Shown: positions 58,910 to 64,000 of the stretch, one piece after another
Layout: each line of letters starts with the position of its first letter
Position numbering within the stretch: the stretch's first letter is position 1
Origin: Candidatus Versatilivorator sp.
Lineage (GTDB): Bacteria > Acidobacteriota > Terriglobia > Versatilivoradales > Versatilivoraceae
Direction of reading: 5' to 3'
Length of the DNA stretch: 64,000 nt
Assembly (NCBI GenBank): GCA_965207735.1
Contig: OZ242296.1
Location: 2,336,001 to 2,400,000 of the forward strand
Made by a program: the position numbers and the translations under genes
The notes under the pieces: generated by a model
What the model saw: the letters and a program-made list of their open reading frames with translations, nothing else
Told to the model about the DNA's origin: nothing
Databases searched by the model: none

Positions 58910-59097
58910 CCCGCATCCAGATCGTCTCCCTGGTAAAGATGGGACTGTCGGAGGCGATCGTTCTCAAGAAGATCGAGACGTCGATGTGCGAGTTCGATGT
59001 TTCGCCCGAGGCCCTGGTCGGCCTGACCAAGTCGGGAGTCGGCGAAGCAGTGATCCTTTCCATGATGGAGGTTCAGCAGCCGGACAACGGCCGGTAG
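58906..59097 (+). CDS. Small helical protein translationally coupled to serS (hypothetical)
   Basis: TTG overlaps the serS TGA; pattern [18 protein letters not shown]...[22 protein letters not shown]. Confidence 0.55.
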   Translation: MTRIQIVSLVKMGLSEAIVLKKIETSMCEFDVSPEALVGLTKSGVGEAVILSMMEVQQPDNGR

Positions 59098-59162
59098 CCG
59101 TACAGGACCATCCCAGGTTCCGACTTCACGGCGGACAACCTGAGAGTTCGATGGCGGCCGGA

Positions 59163-59675
59163 TCACTCCACCAGCACCAGCGGATCCCCCGCGTTGACCG
59201 CCTGGCCCTCCGCCACCCGAACGGCCTGAACCCTGCCCGACTTGGGAGACCCCAGCTCGTTCTGCATTTTCATGGCTTCCACCACCACCAGTCCCTGTCC
59301 CTGGCTTACTGCTTCTCCCTCGGCCGTCAGGATCCTGACCACCTTCCCGGGCATGGGAGCCGACACGGCTACGGGTCCGGAGGCTTGGGTCCCGCCCGAG
59401 GTCGAGGGGCCGTCCCGGCGCGGGTCGACCAGGCCCACCTGGAAGCTTTCTCCGTCCACGACGACCTGAAATCCGCCGGCATGCGGACTCACGCTGACGT
59501 CGTGGGAGCGTCCCCCCAGAATCAGGGAAAAAGCGGCGTCCGACATCTGTGAGACGTCGACTTCAAGAGACTTGCCCCCGAACTCCACCCAGGCCCGACG
59601 GCCGGATCGTTTCAGGCGCAACACTCGGCGCCGCCCGTCCAGCACCAGCTCGTAAGTGGCCTCGACCTGCTCCAC
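59163..59675 (-). CDS. Biotin carboxyl carrier protein subunit of an acyl-CoA carboxylase
   Basis: APMPGKVV, EAMKMQNE biotinylation motif; GTG at 59675 after AGGAGGAGG. Confidence 0.92.
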   Translation of the reverse strand: MEQVEATYELVLDGRRRVLRLKRSGRRAWVEFGGKSLEVDVSQMSDAAFSLILGGRSHDVSVSPHAGGFQVVVDGESFQVGLVDPRRDGPSTSGGTQASGPVAVSAPMPGKVVRILTAEGEAVSQGQGLVVVEAMKMQNELGSPKSGRVQAVRVAEGQAVNAGDPLVLVE

Positions 59676-59704
59676 CGGGCGCCTCCTCCTCTTCTGCTCG
59701 CAGA

Positions 59705-61201
59705 CTATCTCCGCAGCCCGTTCCAGCGTCCCCACAGCTTCCACGGGCTCTCCCGCGGGTCCCCGCGGCCGGCGTCGGAAGCTCGAGCATGGCTGGCATA
59801 GAGGGCGGCGCCAATGGCCGCCACCTCCCGCAACTCTTCCCGGCCAGGCGAGGACTGGTCGGGGCGATAGAACTTTTCGATGAAGTCGGTGCTGAGTTCC
59901 GCCGACAGGAATTTCGGGTGGGCCAGGATGGTCCGGAAAAAGGGAATGGTCGTCTTGATTCCCGAAATCCGGTACTCGCCCAGGGCCCGGTCCATGCGGC
60001 TGATGGCCTCGGAGCGGGTTTCCGCCCAGGTCACCAGCTTGGACAGCATCGGATCGTAATACACGGGGACTTCCCAGCCCTGGTAGATCCCGCTGTCTTC
60101 CCGGACACCGGGCCCGGAGGGCTGGCGCAGGCTCCGGATCGGCCCCGGCGAGGGCAGGAAACCCTTCTCGGGATCCTCGGCATAGATGCGGCATTCCAGC
60201 GCGGCTCCGCGCCAGGTTACGGCCTCCTGACTCAGCCCCAGGGGTTGGCCGGCGGCAATCTGAATCTGTTTTCTGACCAGGTCCAGGCCGGTGACCATCT
60301 CGGTGACCGGGTGCTCGACCTGGAGCCGGGTATTCATCTCCAGGAAATAGAAATTCTGTTGCGAATCCACCAGGAATTCAACGGTCCCGGCATTGCGGTA
60401 GCCGCAGGCTTGAGCCATGCTGACCGCGGCCTGTCCCATGCTGTCCCGCAAGCCTTCGGTCATGACCGGCGAAGGACACTCCTCGATGACTTTCTGATGG
60501 CGCCGCTGTATGGAGCACTCCCGCTCTCCCAGGTGAACGGTGTTGCCGCGGCTGTCGGCCAGAACCTGAAACTCGATATGGCGGGGGCTCTGGAGGTATT
60601 TCTCCAGGTAGACCGACGGATCCCCGAAAGCGCTCCGGGCTTCGGAGCTGGCGTCCCGCAGGGCAGAGACCAGGCGGTCGGGGGAGGTCACCAGCCTCAT
60701 CCCCTTGCCCCCTCCACCGGCCGCCGCCTTGACCAGGATCGGGAACCCGATGTCCCGGGCCGCCCGTTCCGCTTGCGCCCCATCCCCGAGCTGCTGTCCT
60801 GTGCCCGGAACCACCGGCACCCCCGCCTGCGCGGCCAATCTTCGGGCAGCCGTCTTTTCCCCCATCAGCTCCATGGCTCTCGGTGGAGGACCGATGAAGC
60901 AGATCCCACGGTCCTGACAGCGGCGGGCAAATTCGGCGTTTTCGGCCAGAAATCCGTAACCGGGGTGGATGGCTTCCGCACCGCTGACCTCGGCCGCCTG
61001 CAGGATCCTGTCCATATTCAGATAGCTCTCCACCGAGGGAGAAGCACCCAGGCCGCGGGCCTGGTCGGCCAGGCGCACGTGCAGGGCCGCACGGTCGCAG
61101 TCGGAGTAGACCGCCACGGTTTCGATATTCATCTCGCGGGCGGTACGCATGATGCGGACAGCGATCTCACCCCGGTTGGCAATCAGAATCTTGGAAAACA
61201 T
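59705..61201 (-). CDS. accC: Biotin carboxylase subunit (AccC/PccA-type)
   Basis: KILIANRGEIA, HPGYGFLAEN, GGGGKGMR, RECSIQRRHQK, EMNTRLQVEHPVTE, YDPMLSKL. Confidence 0.93.
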   Translation of the reverse strand: MFSKILIANRGEIAVRIMRTAREMNIETVAVYSDCDRAALHVRLADQARGLGASPSVESYLNMDRILQAAEVSGAEAIHPGYGFLAENAEFARRCQDRGICFIGPPPRAMELMGEKTAARRLAAQAGVPVVPGTGQQLGDGAQAERAARDIGFPILVKAAAGGGGKGMRLVTSPDRLVSALRDASSEARSAFGDPSVYLEKYLQSPRHIEFQVLADSRGNTVHLGERECSIQRRHQKVIEECPSPVMTEGLRDSMGQAAVSMAQACGYRNAGTVEFLVDSQQNFYFLEMNTRLQVEHPVTEMVTGLDLVRKQIQIAAGQPLGLSQEAVTWRGAALECRIYAEDPEKGFLPSPGPIRSLRQPSGPGVREDSGIYQGWEVPVYYDPMLSKLVTWAETRSEAISRMDRALGEYRISGIKTTIPFFRTILAHPKFLSAELSTDFIEKFYRPDQSSPGREELREVAAIGAALYASHARASDAGRGDPRESPWKLWGRWNGLRR

Positions 61202-61258
61202 GGTCGCAAAGGAGTCTGTTGAACCGACCCTTCCCCCGTGTAACCTCCATCGGAGATC

Positions 61259-62386
61259 TTATTTCCGAGACAGGACACTATCCACGAATGCTTCCACCTG
61301 CCTTCGGGAGGCGGCATCCAGAGGGAAACGCCGAGCGAAGAGAGGCTCCAGCGCATCCACCTCGGAGGCCTTCCCGTCCGGCAGTTTCAGAAAGAAGCTC
61401 AGATAGGAACGGTGGACTCCCGGGAATCGAGCTTTCAGATAGAGGTGGCCGGCAACCAGTGCGGCATTCTTCCGGACCCCTGAGGTCAGGGAGTCCCGGT
61501 TCGAGGCAACGGCAGGGCCGGGAACGACCACCAGCCCGTCGGTCGAACGCCGCACGGTCTCATGCAGCAGCACGAAAAAGGAGTGCACCGCCTCCTGACG
61601 GCTCTCCGGCAGCGGGGTCAGAACGTGAAACAAGACCTCGCCGCCCTGTTCCACGGGCACGCCCAGACCCCTCCCCTTCATCACCGGGGTCAGAAATACC
61701 TTGAAATCGTTCACTCCGGACCTGGCGGCCCACGGCTCCAGGATGCTCATGCCCCGGGACTTCCAGAAGCTGGTAAACCACTCCACTCCCTGTTGATCCC
61801 ATTCACTGCGGGCCTCGCGATATATCATGTAGAAACTGGAGTGCTCCTCCTCCAGCCAACCGGCAAACCGCTTGGCGAAATCCCGCTCCTGGGGAGCCTG
61901 GAAGTGGTTTCTGAAGACCGGGATCAACCTGCGGCTGTTGCCGAACATCAAGGGCTCCTTCCTGCGTTTGCCCCTGACGCCGGACGGAACGGTCCGGGTG
62001 CGAAAGTCGTAGTCGATCAGGGCCAGGGCTTGCTTGAAGGAGGAAAGGTCATCCGCCAGGAAAGGAGCCCGGATCAGAAAGCGAAGGCGAGGGCGTTGCC
62101 GGTAACGCTGCTCCAAGCCCGCGGCCTCCCGGTCCAGCCTGGTCTCCCCCACCTCCAGGTCCCGCTTCGCCTGGCCCATCCGTCGAACGTAGTCCTCGGA
62201 GAAGAGATTGAAGCGGTCCCCCGGCAGGTTGAAGTGGGCCAGGGTGTGGTAGATCACGTCCAGGTTCGGGTCGGTCAGGATCCTGATCTGGCTGGAACCG
62301 ATGGCTGCAAGCGGTCCATGGCTGCCAATAAGCACGGCGGCCAGTGCCAGCGTTCCCAACAGGATGGAGTTCTTTCCGAGGGTCAT
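61259..62386 (-). CDS. Secreted hypothetical protein (alternative start at 62428)
   Basis: Signal-peptide-like N-terminus; long ORF co-oriented with the carboxylase genes; LLHETVR segment. Confidence 0.7.
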   Translation of the reverse strand: MTLGKNSILLGTLALAAVLIGSHGPLAAIGSSQIRILTDPNLDVIYHTLAHFNLPGDRFNLFSEDYVRRMGQAKRDLEVGETRLDREAAGLEQRYRQRPRLRFLIRAPFLADDLSSFKQALALIDYDFRTRTVPSGVRGKRRKEPLMFGNSRRLIPVFRNHFQAPQERDFAKRFAGWLEEEHSSFYMIYREARSEWDQQGVEWFTSFWKSRGMSILEPWAARSGVNDFKVFLTPVMKGRGLGVPVEQGGEVLFHVLTPLPESRQEAVHSFFVLLHETVRRSTDGLVVVPGPAVASNRDSLTSGVRKNAALVAGHLYLKARFPGVHRSYLSFFLKLPDGKASEVDALEPLFARRFPLDAASRRQVEAFVDSVLSRK

Positions 62387-62664
62387 CTTCAAGAGCCAAT
62401 GAGGCCGTCTCCAAGGACTAGCCCGCATTTCTCACCAGGTCGCTGGTGCCATGACGACAAGTAGTTTATCTTCAGTACTTTGATTGGCTCCATGGTAAGG
62501 GCTTGCGGGTAACAGACGGCGCTGGGCATGCCCTGGCTTGTCTTTTTCCCTTCAGCGCGCCAGCACGGCGAAGCGCTGGCGCGGCTTCGCGGTTCGACTC
62601 GCCCCCCCCAGACTGACTCACGGGGTCGATTGGCCTCTTCGGCACTGTTGCGGCGCCGGCGTCG

Positions 62665-62983
62665 CCCCCCACCGCATCAGCCTTCGCCATTCGGCTCGGC
62701 TTCTGCGACTCCCCCTCAAGGGGGGAGTGATACTGAGTTTCTTGAACGACGTGTTGCGGAATTGGGGGGCGGACGCCCGGAGACAATCATTTGAAAAATC
62801 CTATCCACCGGCAGTGTCGTGGGTTAGGGGAGAGCCGCGTATGCGGCGGTTGGCGTGGGTCATCCGAGGAAACGTCCCCTGCAAGCCATCCTTTTAGAGC
62901 AGCGTAGCCGCGGCCTCGTGTAGCCCCGGGCGGAAGCCCGGGGTCGTATGAGTTCTGCGCCAACCTAGCCGCGTATGCGGCGG
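62665..62983. mobile_element. Second copy of the composite REP/MITE-like unit
   Basis: Colinear with 55575-55887. Confidence 0.75.
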
Positions 62984-63080
62984 ATTAAAAACCGCGTCCC
63001 AAAACCGCACGGCCTCCCCAAGACCACGCCAGAAACACCCCTGTTTCATCTCGAATGATCCGTCCTTCGCAGGGCGGCGG

Positions 63081-63108
63081 CCCCACTCTCCACTCTCCAC
63101 TCTCCACT
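63081..63108. repeat. Heptamer arm (GGAGAGT x3 on the minus strand) abutting the stop codon of the carboxyltransferase
   Basis: Minus strand reads TAG-TGGAGAGTGGAGAGTGGAGAGTGGGG. Confidence 0.7.
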
Positions 63109-64000
63109 AAAGCGGTATGTTCCCGTGCTTCTTCGGCGGGGTGGTGTCTCTCTTGTTTTCCAACATGGCCAGGGCACGGATCAACTTTCGACGGGTTTCA
63201 CGCGGGGGGATCACCTCGTCGACAAAGCCCATCCCCGCCGCAACGTAGGGATTGGCGAACTTCTCCCGGAATTCCTCGACCCGCCGGTCCGTTTCCGCTT
63301 TCAGATCCTGGGCCGCCGCCAGTTCCTTGCGATAGACGATCTGGACCGCGCCGGCGGGTCCCATCACGGCGATCTCGGCGGTTGGATAGGCATAATTGAC
63401 GTCGGTACGGAGATGCTTGGAGGCCATCACGCAGTAGGCGCCCCCGTACGCCTTCCGGGTGATCACCGTGATCTTGGGGACGGTCGCCTCGGCAAAGGCA
63501 TAGATCAACTTGGCTCCATGCTTGATAATCCCCCCGAATTCCTGAGAGGTTCCGGGGAGAAACCCGGGGACGTCTTCGAAGCAGATGAGAGGGATATTGA
63601 AGGCATCGCAAAAACGAACGAACCGGGCGGCCTTGATGGAGGCATCGATGTCCAAGCACCCTGCCAGAACCGTCGGCTGGTTGGCCACCATCCCTACCGG
63701 GCGGCCTCCCAACCGGGCAAATCCAACCACGATGTTGCGAGCGAAAAGCGCCTGGACTTCCAGGAAGCCTCCGTCATCCACCACCGCGCCGATGATCTCC
63801 TTGACGTCGTAGGGCTGATTGGACTCGGCCGGAATCAGGCTGTCGAGCCTCTCCTCGGAGCGGTCCAGGGGATCCCGGGTCTCTTTGCGAGGAGGGCTCT
63901 CCATGTTGTTGGAGGGCAGATAGGAGAGCAGTTCCCTGATGAAACGGCAACATTCCCGATCGTCTTCCACAGCGAAATGGGCCACGCCGCTACGGGAATT
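63107..64000 (-). CDS. pccB: Acyl-CoA (propionyl-CoA) carboxylase carboxyltransferase beta subunit (5' truncated by window edge)
   Basis: KAARFVRFCDAFNIP, DVPGFLPG..QE.GGII.HGAKL, RKAYGGAY, PPKKHGNIPL. Confidence 0.92.
   Translation of the reverse strand, partial: NSRSGVAHFAVEDDRECCRFIRELLSYLPSNNMESPPRKETRDPLDRSEERLDSLIPAESNQPYDVKEIIGAVVDDGGFLEVQALFARNIVVGFARLGGRPVGMVANQPTVLAGCLDIDASIKAARFVRFCDAFNIPLICFEDVPGFLPGTSQEFGGIIKHGAKLIYAFAEATVPKITVITRKAYGGAYCVMASKHLRTDVNYAYPTAEIAVMGPAGAVQIVYRKELAAAQDLKAETDRRVEEFREKFANPYVAAGMGFVDEVIPPRETRRKLIRALAMLENKRDTTPPKKHGNIPL

Noticed and set aside
59676-60194. 343-aa extended biotin carrier ORF, or a frameshifted PccA fusion
   Set aside because: accC ends with a proper stop at 59705, and the carrier has its own strong RBS and GTG at 59675.
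1-64000. tRNA, rRNA, prophage, integrase, transposase or defence genes
   Set aside because: None were recognised in the ORF track or in intergenic sequence by eye.

Overview
High-GC bacterial chromosomal region, most likely Acidobacteriota. This is an inference from gene content: the TonB-ExbB-ExbD-ExbD-TPR operon, HisZ with short HisG, the AroD-AroE fusion and BrxA/YpdA. The giant Calx-beta surface protein and dense miniature repeats are reminiscent of marine or sponge-symbiont genomes. Coding content is mostly housekeeping: namZ-hpt-rpiB-like, tatA, brxA/B, clpS, tonB/exbBD, mutA-tgt-yajC-secD-secF, an Fe3+-type ABC transporter, dapB-dapA-dapD-dacB-pepP, ypdA, hisZGD-thrB-aroDE, pgsA, a full SUF operon, lpxC, serS and acyl-CoA carboxylase subunits. 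The unusual signals are: (1) a ComEA-like helix-hairpin-helix domain inserted into the periplasmic loop of SecF; (2) a family of non-coding elements with heptamer-repeat inverted arms, mostly inside operons, several starting at or supplying the upstream stop codon, and sometimes nested; (3) two REP-like hairpin families forming a 188-bp tandem array, inverted doublets and a recurrent ~310-bp composite unit, with no transposase in the window; (4) a sigma54 plus IHF promoter signature before lpxC; (5) a degenerate RpiB-like protein; (6) a 2196-aa protein with 14 Calx-beta repeats, including a recent 333-bp duplication. No rRNA, tRNA or CRISPR was recognised. All assignments come from motif recognition by eye; no database searches were run.
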